Shown: positions 36,701 to 47,600 of the stretch, one piece after another
Numbering within the stretch: position 1 is the first letter of the stretch
Layout: the number at the start of each line of letters is the position of its first letter
Origin: Marsupella aquatica
Taxonomy: Eukaryota > Plantae > Marchantiophyta
Assembly: GCA_973895155.1 (NCBI GenBank)
Contig: OZ316899.1
Location: forward strand, 7,629,241 to 7,693,240
Direction of reading: 5' to 3'
DNA: 64,000 nucleotides
Program-made: the position numbers and the translations under genes
Notes under the pieces: model-generated
Databases searched by the model: none
Told to the model about the DNA's origin: nothing
What the model saw: only the letters and a program-made list of their open reading frames with translations

Positions 36701-38429
36701 TGTTGCCGATGCCGATTTCTTTTCTTTCTCCAGTAGTTTCAGCAGACTCTGCATGCCTGGTTGCTGCATCGGCAAGTCCTCCTTCCTGGGCCTAAACACC
36801 TGCTCGATCGTAGGACTAACAGGTGGTTGAGGCTTCTCAACCAACGGCCTCGGCGTTGGAGCTTCCTCGGGTGCCCTTACCTGCAGGGGAAGTACCGGGG
36901 CAAAAGTCTGACCTCTGGCATACCGGCACAACAGCGGCATGTGATAGCCAAGCCGCGACACGCTCCCCATGCCGATTACCTGCTGCTCCTCCTTTAAGAT
37001 CTTCTTCAATTGGTTGAGGAGGTACCCGTTGTAGTCCCGGCTTGGGTCTGGCCTTTCTGCCAGATAGACCTATGCCTTGCCGATCTCTGCCCTCGGCAAG
37101 TTACAATGCATGGTCACCCGCAAGAAGTCGATCATCTCTCCTATGTGCGGGTTGGTGCAGGTGTTCCGGAAGAAGCCATTCTTCGTTGATGGCCCGGGGA
37201 ACGACCGGAACTCCTTGTCAGGCAAGGTCTTCCTGGTATCAACTTTGGTCTTATTGCCTATCGGCAGGCCAAACACTTCGGCAATTACCTTGGGAGTAAG
37301 ATAGAAATCCTTCCCATATATCCTCGTGCAATTGGTCTCGGGTTCCCATGACCCCACGAATTCTAATAGGTCTGACTCCGGTACCTCCGACTTCAGCCAT
37401 GGTAATCTTACAAAGGCCTCCAAGCCGGATCCGGCCATGAAGCCTTGGTACTTCTTGGTCTGCATGGCCGTAAAGCATGCATCCTCCTCCCGTGCAAAAT
37501 GTAGTTGCACCTCCACCGGTAGGGTTGCCGCCCAGCCCTTCCAGGTGTCATCCCTGGTTGGAATGGCCTTGATGGGATCGACCTCCTCTTCTTCGGCTTC
37601 TCCCTGCCTCCTGCTCTGCTGCTCGGCTGGCTTCTTTGGTGCCGCCGATCTCGTTCTTTTTGCCGGGGTGGCTTCATCGTTGACGGCTCCCTTCCTCTTC
37701 ATCTCTGCTGCCGTGGAGGTTTCTCCTAGCACCGTTGCCTGGGTCCACCTTTCCGTGCTACCCTTTAATTCCCAGTGTATGTCGTTGCAGTTCTTGATGG
37801 CCTCTCGGATGCCGACGACGCTGTCTTTGCAAAACAGAAGATCGTCGAGTTGATTGGAAGTAGGCGTCCACAGGAACTCGTCCTTGATGAGTTCGCCTCC
37901 TAAGAAAGCCGTCTTCTGCAGCTCCCACAATCGAGCGAGCTCCTGCCGTTCTCTAGCTGCCCTTTCTGATTCCTCGTCCTCGTAAGTCTTGATGTACTCA
38001 GTTGCCCGTTCGAACAGGCATCCCCAGAAATGTGCCGCTTGATTGACGTTGCTCATACCCTCCTTAGGTTGATCGTCGGTATCTACTCTCTCCCCGAGTG
38101 CTTGCCTAAGCAGCTGACAGTAGTTGGCCTCCCGTAGTCGTCTGCCTAGTTCGTGCTCGCAAATGAGCCACTATTTCCTGCAAGCGCTCCTTACCCCTCT
38201 CCTTTGCCGGTCCTTCTTCCCGTTGATCCTTCCTAGCCGCCGACGCTTAACGCGCCCTAACCCTAATCGGGTTTTCACCCTTAGCCTTACCTCCGGCCTC
38301 GGCCCGGGTTCCATGGTTGCCCCTAATTGTTTATATTTTCCTTGTTTTGTCACTATACTAAGGTGTTCCTAGGGTGCCTTCCTGCTTTACCCACTTAACC
38401 GGCCGAGTGATTCCTGTCTAGGCATCACA
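33794..38429 (-). repeat. 3' LTR of B1 (4636 bp)
   Basis: Direct repeat at offset 10857; PPT AAGTGGGGAGCTA at 38430-38442. Confidence 0.97.
34715..38056 (-). CDS. LTR-B protein in the 3' LTR (about 1110 codons, single in-frame TAG at 37070-37072)
   Basis: The 328-aa and 764-aa ORFs share a frame; PMD/Athila-ORF-like domain GLEAFVRLPW..EFV..IYGK..LT..IAEVFGLP; ~270-aa coiled coil; KKKRK. Confidence 0.8.
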
Positions 38430-41400
38430 TAGCTCCCCACTTAATTGTGAAGCGTCCTCGCGAACAACTTCATCTTCGTCCATATAGTATTTCTTGAGGC
38501 GGTCATAATGGATGCGAACTGGATATACCTCTCCCGTAATGTTGGCCAATTGTACGGAGCCATTGGGGAACATCATGGTTACTCTAAAGGGTCCTAACCA
38601 GCGAGTGTAAAGCTTTCCTGGAAACCTACTATACCTACTGTCATAAAGTAGCACAAGATCACCGGTATGAATACTAACTACTTTTAACCTTTTATCATAC
38701 TGCTGCTTCATGATATTCTGTCTATATTCTACTCTCTCGGCTGAAATCATTCTCGCTTCCTCTAAAGCTTCTAACCTATATTCTCGCTCCTTTAGGCTCT
38801 CCTCCGCTGAGGCTCTTTCCTCAATTGTAACTTGAAATGTCGGTATCTCAAGTTGCGTGGGTACCAGGGCTTCTTGTCCAAAGGTTAAGAAGAAGGGTGT
38901 ATGACCGGTAGTGGATTTATAGGCAAGATTGTAAGCAAAAACAGCAGCAAACAATTTATCATCCCAATCGAGTTTGTTCTGAGCTACTGTCTTGTTCAAT
39001 ATCTTTCCTATAATTCCGTTTGCTCGTTCTGTCAACCCGTTTGCCTTTGGATGGTAGGGAGTAGTAGGCCTATGTTTAACTAAATACTGCTCATTTAAAC
39101 GACTAATTATATCATTCAAAAAATGGGTTCCTCTATCACTAACTAATTCTAGGGGTGCTCCATACCTGGTGAAGATCTGCTCATACATGAATCTAGCCGT
39201 AGTAATTGCATCATCCTTCGTTGTTGGTCTGGCCTCTACCCATTTAGTTGCATAATCCGTAGCCAGGATTATGTACTTGTTCCGTCGAGGGTGGGTCAGT
39301 GGTTTCAGAGGTCCAATGTAATCAATACCCCACTTCTCGAATGGTGCCAGAGGTAGAATAGGGTGCAGTGGATGCCTGGTGGACGCCCTTGGTCCTCCCG
39401 CTCGTTGACAAGGATCGCATTGTTTGATAAACTGATAGACATCTTTGTGCAAGGTGGGCCACCAGTAACCGGCATTTAATATCTTCTTAGACGTGGTTAC
39501 TGGGGCAAAATGTCCTCCGGCCTCCTCTCCATGCATGGCCCGTAGGACTCGTTTTACCTCTCTCTTTTCCAAACATCTTTGAATCGTGCCGTTGATTCCA
39601 TGCTTGTGCAGTATGCCTTTAATGCACTGATACTGTCTGACCTTCCGCACAAAGACTGCGGCTTGCTCTCGGCTTAATCCTGGCTGTAATCTGGAAGTGC
39701 TGAGAAATTGTAAAATCTCAGGGTACCATGTACCAGCTATTTCCACAACGAATAGCTCCTCGTCGGGGAATCGATCATCGATGCAATCCGTGGCAGGTTT
39801 ACCTGTGATCCTTGAAAAGAAGTCGGCATTGGCATGTAACTTTCCCGGCTTGATCCTCAGCTCATAGTCAAACTCCTGTAATAGCAAAATCCATCTTGCT
39901 ACTCTGCCTGTAAGGTCCGGCTTATTGACTAGGTACTTCAAACTTTCATGATCAGTATGAAAGATTACCTTGTACCCTAGTAAATAATGCCTAAACTTTT
40001 TACAAGAATAAATGACTCCTAATGCTTCTCTTTCCGTGGTAGAGTAGTTCCGTTCGGCATCGGCAAGCTGACGGCTTGCGAAGTATATGGGATGGTCCCT
40101 TCCTTTCTCATCCAACTGACTTAGTACTGAGCCAATACAGAAGCCCGAGACATCTACAAAAACATGAAAATCTTTGTTCCAGTCCGGTGCTATCATGACT
40201 GGGGCCTCTACTAACATCTGCTTCAATTCTACCACCGCTGTGACTCGTTCGGGTGTGGGTTCGAAGTCTGCTCCTGCCTTGAGCATATTGGTTAATGGTA
40301 AAGCTAGCTTGGCAAAATCCTTGATGAACCGGCGATAGTAACCAATGCATCCCAAGAAGGATCTTACATCCTTTATGTTCTTAGGTTGCATGATATCTAG
40401 CCATACTGCTAGCTTACCTTTGTCAATCTCAATGCCCTTCCTTGATACCTTGTGACCTAGTAGCACCCCCTCGGTTACTGCAAAAAAACATTTATCTGGG
40501 TGTAACTTGAGACCCACCTCTCTACATCTCATGAAGGTTTTTCTGAGGTATTTAGCATGTTTCGATGCCTTCCCGAATACTGCAAAGTCATCAATGAAGA
40601 TTTCCATGAACTTTCTCAAGTAATCATGGAAAATGTTCACCATTAATCGTTGGAACATAGCTGGTGCGTTGCAGAGTCCAAACGGCATACGATTGAAGAC
40701 ATAGATCCCCCATTCCGTGATGAAGGCCGTCTTGATTTGGTCTTCCTGCCGAATCCGGATTTGGTTATAACCAGAGTATCCATCCATGAATGAATATAGT
40801 TCATGACTGGCTACCATGTCTAGTACCATATCAGTAAACGGTAAAGGAAAATGGTCTTTTAATGTTGCTTCATTCAGCTTCCTGTAATCCTGACAAACCC
40901 GGATCTTGGGTTTACCATCGGGTCCAGCTTTCTTGGGAACTATCACAATTGGAGACACCCAGTCTGAATGCAGGACTGGAGTGATGAATCCAGCTTCCAC
41001 TAGTTTGTCGATTTCTGTTTTGACCAGCAGGGAATACTTCGGGTTCATCCTTCGAATTGGTTGTCGGAATGATTTGGCTCCCAGCATGAGATCAATTCGA
41101 TGTTCCCCTAGTGTTGGATCTACTCCCTTTAGATCTTGGTGACTCCATGCAAACACATCCTGAAATTCAATCAATAAGTCACTAATCTCTTTCTCGAGCT
41201 CAGGTGCTAGATTTCTCCCTAAGTTCAGTTCTCTTCCCTCTCCTAAGTCGAGCTTCCGATATTGCCGTGCTTGGATCATATTAATCTGCTTCTTCAAATT
41301 CGGGTCCAGTTCGGCTTCCAGTCTCTCTAATCTCATACCTCCATAAACTGGGATTTCGGCTGGACTAGCCGAGTCGGTCCCTTCCTTGGTGTCCATAGAT

Positions 41401-41684
41401 TGTCCCCTTACCGGTCTATTCGGTTTTGAATTAGTGGTCGGCTCCCCTTCCTGCCTTGGCTCTGGATCGTGTCTGTCCATCTCATCCACCTCTTGCTCCT
41501 GAGAGTTAGGCCGCTGTGCTCTCTCGGCTTCTAATAGGGCCTCAATTTGTTCTGCCCTCGTAATCAGCTTGTATGCCGATCCCTTGGTATTTAATTCCTT
41601 GCCGATGATCGATGGCGTTGTGAACCCTGCCGGCTCTGCCACAACGCCTGCAGAAAATTCACTGTCCCTGCTACTGCTCCCCAC
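38418..41684 (-). CDS. pol: Pol (RT, RNase H, integrase with GPF motif), in the -1 frame relative to gag
   Basis: MDGYSGYNQI, MPFGLCNAP, FIDD, DVSG, YWWP, WGIDYIGP, SDRG, NGLTER and WLGPF motifs; the ORF runs through the PPT into the LTR. Confidence 0.97.
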   Translation of the reverse strand: MGSSSRDSEFSAGVVAEPAGFTTPSIIGKELNTKGSAYKLITRAEQIEALLEAERAQRPNSQEQEVDEMDRHDPEPRQEGEPTTNSKPNRPVRGQSMDTKEGTDSASPAEIPVYGGMRLERLEAELDPNLKKQINMIQARQYRKLDLGEGRELNLGRNLAPELEKEISDLLIEFQDVFAWSHQDLKGVDPTLGEHRIDLMLGAKSFRQPIRRMNPKYSLLVKTEIDKLVEAGFITPVLHSDWVSPIVIVPKKAGPDGKPKIRVCQDYRKLNEATLKDHFPLPFTDMVLDMVASHELYSFMDGYSGYNQIRIRQEDQIKTAFITEWGIYVFNRMPFGLCNAPAMFQRLMVNIFHDYLRKFMEIFIDDFAVFGKASKHAKYLRKTFMRCREVGLKLHPDKCFFAVTEGVLLGHKVSRKGIEIDKGKLAVWLDIMQPKNIKDVRSFLGCIGYYRRFIKDFAKLALPLTNMLKAGADFEPTPERVTAVVELKQMLVEAPVMIAPDWNKDFHVFVDVSGFCIGSVLSQLDEKGRDHPIYFASRQLADAERNYSTTEREALGVIYSCKKFRHYLLGYKVIFHTDHESLKYLVNKPDLTGRVARWILLLQEFDYELRIKPGKLHANADFFSRITGKPATDCIDDRFPDEELFVVEIAGTWYPEILQFLSTSRLQPGLSREQAAVFVRKVRQYQCIKGILHKHGINGTIQRCLEKREVKRVLRAMHGEEAGGHFAPVTTSKKILNAGYWWPTLHKDVYQFIKQCDPCQRAGGPRASTRHPLHPILPLAPFEKWGIDYIGPLKPLTHPRRNKYIILATDYATKWVEARPTTKDDAITTARFMYEQIFTRYGAPLELVSDRGTHFLNDIISRLNEQYLVKHRPTTPYHPKANGLTERANGIIGKILNKTVAQNKLDWDDKLFAAVFAYNLAYKSTTGHTPFFLTFGQEALVPTQLEIPTFQVTIEERASAEESLKEREYRLEALEEARMISAERVEYRQNIMKQQYDKRLKVVSIHTGDLVLLYDSRYSRFPGKLYTRWLGPFRVTMMFPNGSVQLANITGEVYPVRIHYDRLKKYYMDEDEVVREDASQLSGELCDA

Positions 41685-44581
41685 TTAGCCGTTTCATCCA
41701 ATTGGTCTACATCCTTTACTTCCTCCGGAATTGCAGCTAAAAAGGTGGATTCTATTGTAAAGCAGTCCTCGACCTCTGCGTCTTCTTCTTCCAAGTCACC
41801 TTCCATTGGTTCCTGCCATAATCCGCTGGGGGGTACCTCAGGTCCAAAGACACCTTCTTCGGTTAGGTTAGTGAGGCATTCTAACCAACGTACTTCATCG
41901 GCTGACTCCAGTCCACTGTCGTACCCATCTACTTCCCTTATGCTTTTCCTACGGTCATCCTTAGTGTCCCAGGATACTGTGATAGAGGGGGTCCCGAAAG
42001 TGAACTGCTTTTTACCCCAATCTTCTATTACCTCGGCTAGGTACAGCCATGGCCTACCAATCAATAGCCGGAATGACGTAGGGTTTACCGGCTTCATTAC
42101 TACATAGTTAATGCTAAAGAAGATACCTCCTATCTCTGTCTTGATGCCGGTTAACACTCCCGTAGGAATGACCTGATATCCATTGGCCATGTTCAACACT
42201 CTTCCAGTCATCTCCGGTGTTAGACCCCACCCTTTTGCTGTTGAATCAATCATAATACATACCCCTGATCCTCCATCGATGGGTACCCGTAGTAATAATT
42301 CTCCTTGAATCATTAATGGTAATGCTGGGGCTCCTTGATCTTCTTCTATCATTAGTACGTCGGATCTGGTTGCTACCTTGGGTAATCTCGGCTTGCCGAG
42401 AATAGCCTTCCTTAATTGCTTCCGGAAGTACGGGCTATTTTTCAATAGTTGACCTACTGTTGCCGAGACTCTAGATTCTAGTACATCTTTAGCCAGGTCA
42501 TAGGGAACAATCGGCTTCTCCTCTGGTGGTGTTTCCTTGGATTCGGCCAGTTTTGCCACGCTAGTCTCCACAGCTGTTGGGTCTTCCGAAGCAAACAATG
42601 CTTTTGCTCGTTTTACATCTTTGGCAATGGCTTCGGTATTCTCCAGGGTTTCTAATTCTCTTAGTTGTTCCTTAACACTAGCCGTAATAGAGGGGTAGAA
42701 CAACTTAGGATGATCTCGATTGAAGTCGCTATCTTGTGAAGGATTGGGTTCATTGGTGGGCTCATGGCTTACCTGTATTGCCGGAGCCCTCCCTTCTCCT
42801 TCTGTTGATGTTGACGAAGAGTCGATCCTTTCCTCCGTAACCTTCCCTTTATTTTTGGCCAGCCCATCCCACCTTTCCTTCCTTCTGGTAGATCGAGTAG
42901 AGACCCGGTAGCAATCATGATCTAAATCCTCCTCTGAGAAGGTTGATAGGGCTTCGGCCTCATCATCAGATGGTACGAACTCTGCCTCGGCATCCTCTTG
43001 CCATCCTAGTTCGATGTGGTTGATTTGAACTCCTCCGGGGGTAGTACTTGGCGGTAAGATCTTGATCGGCAAAAGCTTATGATTTGCGGCCAGGCCTGCC
43101 AACCAAGTAGGACATTGCCCTAGCATATGACCTTCCTGTCGGCATCCCATACATAGCTGAGCTGGTTGTCCATCACCCTGTTTGCGTGCATTCGGGCATT
43201 CTCTAGCAAAATGGCCAGGTTGACCACAATTATAGCACGCCGCAAATCTTTGCACATTCGGCCTAGGAGGTACTGACGGGTTCTGAATAATCCGAGGATA
43301 CATCTCTCCTGGATTGTTCCTTAACCCTGACCACAGAGATGCAGGTCTGTTGGATAGGTCTCGTGCTCCAATCTCACTGATGCCGAAAACACTATCAGCG
43401 GCATCTCCTAAAAAGTACTCTACTTCTCCCTGACATGGTCTGATCTCGGCCACATGCCGAACATGATTAGTATTAAGCTTAGGACACGCATCTTTATGGT
43501 GTCCGGTTTTATAACATAAGGCACACCATACAGAGCTATCCTCCTGTACTACCTTCTTCTTTGGTTTTACCTCTGCAATGATAGCTTTAAGTTGCTCGGT
43601 AAGGGCTACGATGTTATCTGGTGGCTTAGCCTCCATCTTGACTTTCATCTTCCCTCTCCTTCTGCCCTTCCTTTTCCTAGTTTCTTCTTCTTCAGAACTA
43701 GAAGATGACTCACTCTTGCTACTCCCACTATTCGAGCTTGACTTATCACTTCTAGACTTCTTGGAATGTTTCTTCTTCTTATCTTTTTTCTTATGGGGTG
43801 ATCCCTCCTCTGATGAGGAACTCTCAGACTTAAGCTGTTTCTTCCGGCTTGTGATATCTGCATTAATGTATAATTGAATATCCTTAATTGCTTCGGCTAA
43901 AGTCTCCGGGTTCTCCTTCCTAATTGCAAAACTCATCTTCTGTGGCAAAGCATTCACCAACCATTGAAGTTGCATACCTTCAGATGCATTGGTCTTTGTA
44001 CGTCTTACCAGTTTCTGAAAGCGTTGCAAGAACTTCCTGAAGGATTTATTCTCCTTGAACCGAAGTTGTCCCAACTTCAGCACTGCTAGTTCTGAAGTTC
44101 CAATGGGTCGAAACTCCTTAACAAAGAGTGTTTTGAAGATATCCCAGATGGCTTGATCTTCCACATCTAATGCTCTGTACCAAGGCCTAGCCTCACCCTT
44201 GAACAGGCCGGGAAGAATCTGCATCTTGATGGCCGATTCTACATTTGCTGCAGCGGTTCCCTCGAAATCATCCAACCATTCGTCCGGATCCTCATCTCCT
44301 CTCCCATGAAATGCCTTGTAATGTATGCGCGACCGCTGGCTCAATCTGGTCCCTGACCTCTCGTCTGGCCGTGCCTCTGGTTCCCTCATGTCGGTTGTAG
44401 ACTCACTTCTCCTTACCGACTCTTCTTCTGGTATGTCTTCTTCGATGCCACTTCCAGTTTCGGAGCTACCAGCTCTTTCTGCCCCTCTCAGTCGCTGTGT
44501 ATCATGCCACCCGGCGAGCTGCTGCAGTCGAGCTCTCTCCCGTTGAATCACTCTTTCTTCCCTCGGCGTAAGGTCAGTCAT
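41591..44581 (-). CDS. gag: Gag (capsid, three CCHC knuckles) plus aspartic protease
   Basis: FHGRGDEDPDEWL; CALCYKTGHHKDAC, CYNCGQPGHFAREC and CMGCRQEGHMLGQC; IDGGSG and LLIGRPWL. Confidence 0.95.
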   Translation of the reverse strand: MTDLTPREERVIQRERARLQQLAGWHDTQRLRGAERAGSSETGSGIEEDIPEEESVRRSESTTDMREPEARPDERSGTRLSQRSRIHYKAFHGRGDEDPDEWLDDFEGTAAANVESAIKMQILPGLFKGEARPWYRALDVEDQAIWDIFKTLFVKEFRPIGTSELAVLKLGQLRFKENKSFRKFLQRFQKLVRRTKTNASEGMQLQWLVNALPQKMSFAIRKENPETLAEAIKDIQLYINADITSRKKQLKSESSSSEEGSPHKKKDKKKKHSKKSRSDKSSSNSGSSKSESSSSSEEEETRKRKGRRRGKMKVKMEAKPPDNIVALTEQLKAIIAEVKPKKKVVQEDSSVWCALCYKTGHHKDACPKLNTNHVRHVAEIRPCQGEVEYFLGDAADSVFGISEIGARDLSNRPASLWSGLRNNPGEMYPRIIQNPSVPPRPNVQRFAACYNCGQPGHFARECPNARKQGDGQPAQLCMGCRQEGHMLGQCPTWLAGLAANHKLLPIKILPPSTTPGGVQINHIELGWQEDAEAEFVPSDDEAEALSTFSEEDLDHDCYRVSTRSTRRKERWDGLAKNKGKVTEERIDSSSTSTEGEGRAPAIQVSHEPTNEPNPSQDSDFNRDHPKLFYPSITASVKEQLRELETLENTEAIAKDVKRAKALFASEDPTAVETSVAKLAESKETPPEEKPIVPYDLAKDVLESRVSATVGQLLKNSPYFRKQLRKAILGKPRLPKVATRSDVLMIEEDQGAPALPLMIQGELLLRVPIDGGSGVCIMIDSTAKGWGLTPEMTGRVLNMANGYQVIPTGVLTGIKTEIGGIFFSINYVVMKPVNPTSFRLLIGRPWLYLAEVIEDWGKKQFTFGTPSITVSWDTKDDRRKSIREVDGYDSGLESADEVRWLECLTNLTEEGVFGPEVPPSGLWQEPMEGDLEEEDAEVEDCFTIESTFLAAIPEEVKDVDQLDETAKWGAVAGTVNFLQALWQSRQGSQRHRSSARN
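41614..41660 (-). promoter_or_regulatory. Putative -1 ribosomal frameshift signal
   Basis: G_AAT_TTT, 5-nt spacer, then a 9-bp stem GGCGTTGTG/CACAACGCC inside the gag/pol overlap; conserved in B2. Confidence 0.75.
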
Positions 44582-44627
44582 TACCTACGCTTCCGTTCTA
44601 ACTTCATATCTCACGGCTTAAGAAATG

Positions 44628-44646
44628 CCCCCTCCATCTAGCGCCA
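44628..44646 (-). promoter_or_regulatory. PBS TGGCGCTAGATGGAGGGGG (probably tRNA-Asn)
   Basis: 4 nt from the 5' LTR; complementary, with one mismatch, to the plant tRNA-Asn 3' end as recalled. Confidence 0.7.
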
Positions 44647-44650
44647 AAAA

Positions 44651-47600
44651 TGTGGTGCGTCCCATGGCTCCCTAAACCCAAGAAACCCCCCAGCTCAAGC
44701 CGATTCCCGCAGGTTTCGTGCTTGGCGAGGCCGTTTCCGCGGCTTAGCGGCATGGGACGCTGCTAACCTTCTACTACTACTATTAACATTTTACACACAT
44801 ATACTGGACAGATCCTTCATCGGGTCATGAGATACGTAGCCGGCCTAATATAGGTCTTCCCCTGTCTTCCCCTGTCTTCCCCTCCGTCTTGTTAGGTATG
44901 TTTGGATTCCGCCGCCGGAATGATCCCCAATAGGCTTGGTTAAGCCGCTAAGACCTCTCTCAGCTCGACACATCCAACTCTCACTCCCCTGCTTACTTTC
45001 CTTCCTTCTGTTGATGTGGGCACTCTTCACACAAGTTAATGCGACACACAAATAGCAAAATGACTCATTCTGACTGAGTCATACCATGCACTTGCCATAC
45101 AAACAGTACATCTCATACACCAGTTCTGCGAACTAAGCCGTGAGGCCAACTCTATTCAGCTCTTAGGCATGAGGAAACATGAATATACACAAGGGTCACT
45201 GTATGACTAACCGAGAGCTTCTCGTACTACTTGATCCCAGCCCGGCTGGTGCAAACTAAAAACTTGCTAAAGAAGAGGCCCTGAGCTCCCCGCTGCCCAG
45301 GTACTTATCCTGGTAGTGGATCCGCCATTCTTTGCATCGTAAGCCTAATCTACCTGACAGTAATCTACTTGCCCGAATCTACCTATGTACAGCAAGGCAG
45401 GAGCACAAGTGTTGCTCCTACCAGTGGAACCGCAATCCCACTAAGCTAAGTGTCAGGGCCGCTCCTGGTTCTAATCCTAATCCTAAACGTGGAGATCCGC
45501 GCCCGCCCTGCCCACTCACGCCTCCTCCCTCCACGTCCGCCCTCCCTAAAAGGAACGGCGCCCTTGCACCGTCACGACACCGGTGGTGGATCCTCAATGG
45601 ACGCCCCCAACACTTCCCCCTCAGCCACTGCCGTTGGCCCGCCTACTGACAGATTACCTGCCCTTGACCGAGTCAACTCTCCCTCGGCCTGACTGGGTCC
45701 ACCTTCGGCTTCAGCCTCGACACCGGCCTCGGCAATACCCACGGCTTCGGCCTCAGCCACTCCCACGGCTTCGGCCTCCCCTTCCCCTAGGGTAGTTGGA
45801 TCCTTAGCCGTGACCCTGTCTGGGGTCGGTGCTGGGTCTACCTCCTTGATCACCACGGCCTGTGAAGTCGTATTACTCCTTGACCTTGAAGGTTTCCGCT
45901 TCTTCTTCGTTGGTGGCTCGGCATCTGGTCCCTTCCCCTTCCCACTTACTTCCGGCACTGGTGCAGGTGGCGCGGCCTGTCCTTCGGCAATTACCACCCC
46001 TGGTAACTGGTTTGTCCCAACGGGAGATGGACCTGCTGCAGCTAAGCATTTAAATACTGCGGCTTGTTTCTTCAGCCGCTCAGTTTGGTTGTCGGCCCGC
46101 CGCTGTAGGTTCTCCATCTTCCTCGTGATTTCCTCCAACTCCTCTTGGGTTTCATCCAGGTCCTTACGTGCCCCCTCCAGCTCGTTTTTGGCCTCCTCCT
46201 GGTCCCTGTGGGCTTCCTCCAATTCCTTCTTCAAGGTAGCCCTCTCCTCCTGGGTTGCTCTTAGCTCCTTGTCGAGCTCTGCAATGATGACAGACTCCAT
46301 CTGATTCATCTTGGCGTAAGTCTGTTCGAGCATCTCGTCCTTCTCCCTTAGGTCGGCCTTGAAGCTGGCCGTCAGGGACGCAAGCTCCTGCTGCAGCGCC
46401 ATAATCCCTTGATAGGATTTCCCTAACTCGGCCTCCTTCTGCTCAAGGGCTCCGCGGATTTTCTCGAGCTCCCCTTTCAACGCCCATTCCTTTCTTTGGG
46501 TCTCCGCCATGGCCCGGCTGTTGGCTGTTATGTGGGCCTCCTCTGTATTCTTCAGCTCTTGCTTCCACTTCTCCCTCTCTTTGATCGTGTCGGCCAACTC
46601 TTCCTGCGTCTGAGTCAGTTTATCCTTGATATTCTGATTATCAGCCTGCGCGGTGTCCAACTGCCCCTGCATGATGTTCAGCTCATGTCGTTTAATCCGC
46701 AGTTCATCTTGGGCTTTCTTGGCCGCCCTTAGATCTTCAATCTCGGCTTCCATCCTCCTAAGCCGCCGAATGACCTCGTCCTTCTTGCTTCTCTCTAAAG
46801 CCACCGCTTCTTCTAATTGGTGCTTCTCCAACTGCTCCCTATGGAAAAAGGGTCCTACCTCCAACTCCTCTCCAAAGATGCCGAGCGCAAGTTCCCCACA
46901 CATCTCACCATACTCCATGGCTCTATTCTTAGCGTAGGTGGAGTAAGTAGAAGTGATCGGCATCGCCCATCGTGGCCTCTGCTCCCAAGCCGTCCTGCGG
47001 ATCTCTTCAATCGTGGCTAGAGGTTTGCTTCCTTTTTCGGCTAGCCGCCTGATGTCCTCCGGCCAATCTCCTCCTGGTAAATCCTTTTCCTTAGCCAGGG
47101 CGGCCTCCTCTTCCTGCTTGATTCGCTCCTGAAATTCCTGCACCGTCTGTTTTATGCCGTCGAAGCTCGGGGGGGCAACGTCTGGTGGGGGAGACTCAGG
47201 GCTACTCTGCTGGTTGGGGTCCCCTCGCACTACCCTTGGAAGTGTGGGGACAAACCGGCCACAGGTCCTTACTCCTGGAACGTGATGGTCCGACCCATAG
47301 CCGGAATTATCATGGCTGCAGTCCTCCACTGCCTCCTCTACCTCTTGGACGTCCGGCTTCTCCCTCTCCTCTTCGTCGGTAGGAGCTTCAGGCAATTCTG
47401 CCTCAGATTCGGAGCTTGAGGTTCCCACGTACATTTGAACACCTGGCTTGGATTTCGGCCTGATTCTCTCCTTGTCTCCAGCAAAGGGGTTTTCTCTTGT
47501 GAGCCGGTGTAGGCCTACCTCTGTAGTAGTGTCCTGCATTGTTGCCGTTGCCGTTGTTGTTGCCGATGCCGATTTCTTTTCTTTCTCCAGTAGTTTCAGT

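Noticed and set aside
34715-37009. Host SMC/myosin/tropomyosin gene or a retroviral env
   Set aside because: Lies wholly within LTRs; no ATPase or motor motifs, signal peptide or transmembrane segment.
34953-37853. Antisense ORFs conserved across B LTRs
   Set aside because: Ser/Phe/Leu-rich mirror frames expected opposite a Glu/Lys-rich coding strand.
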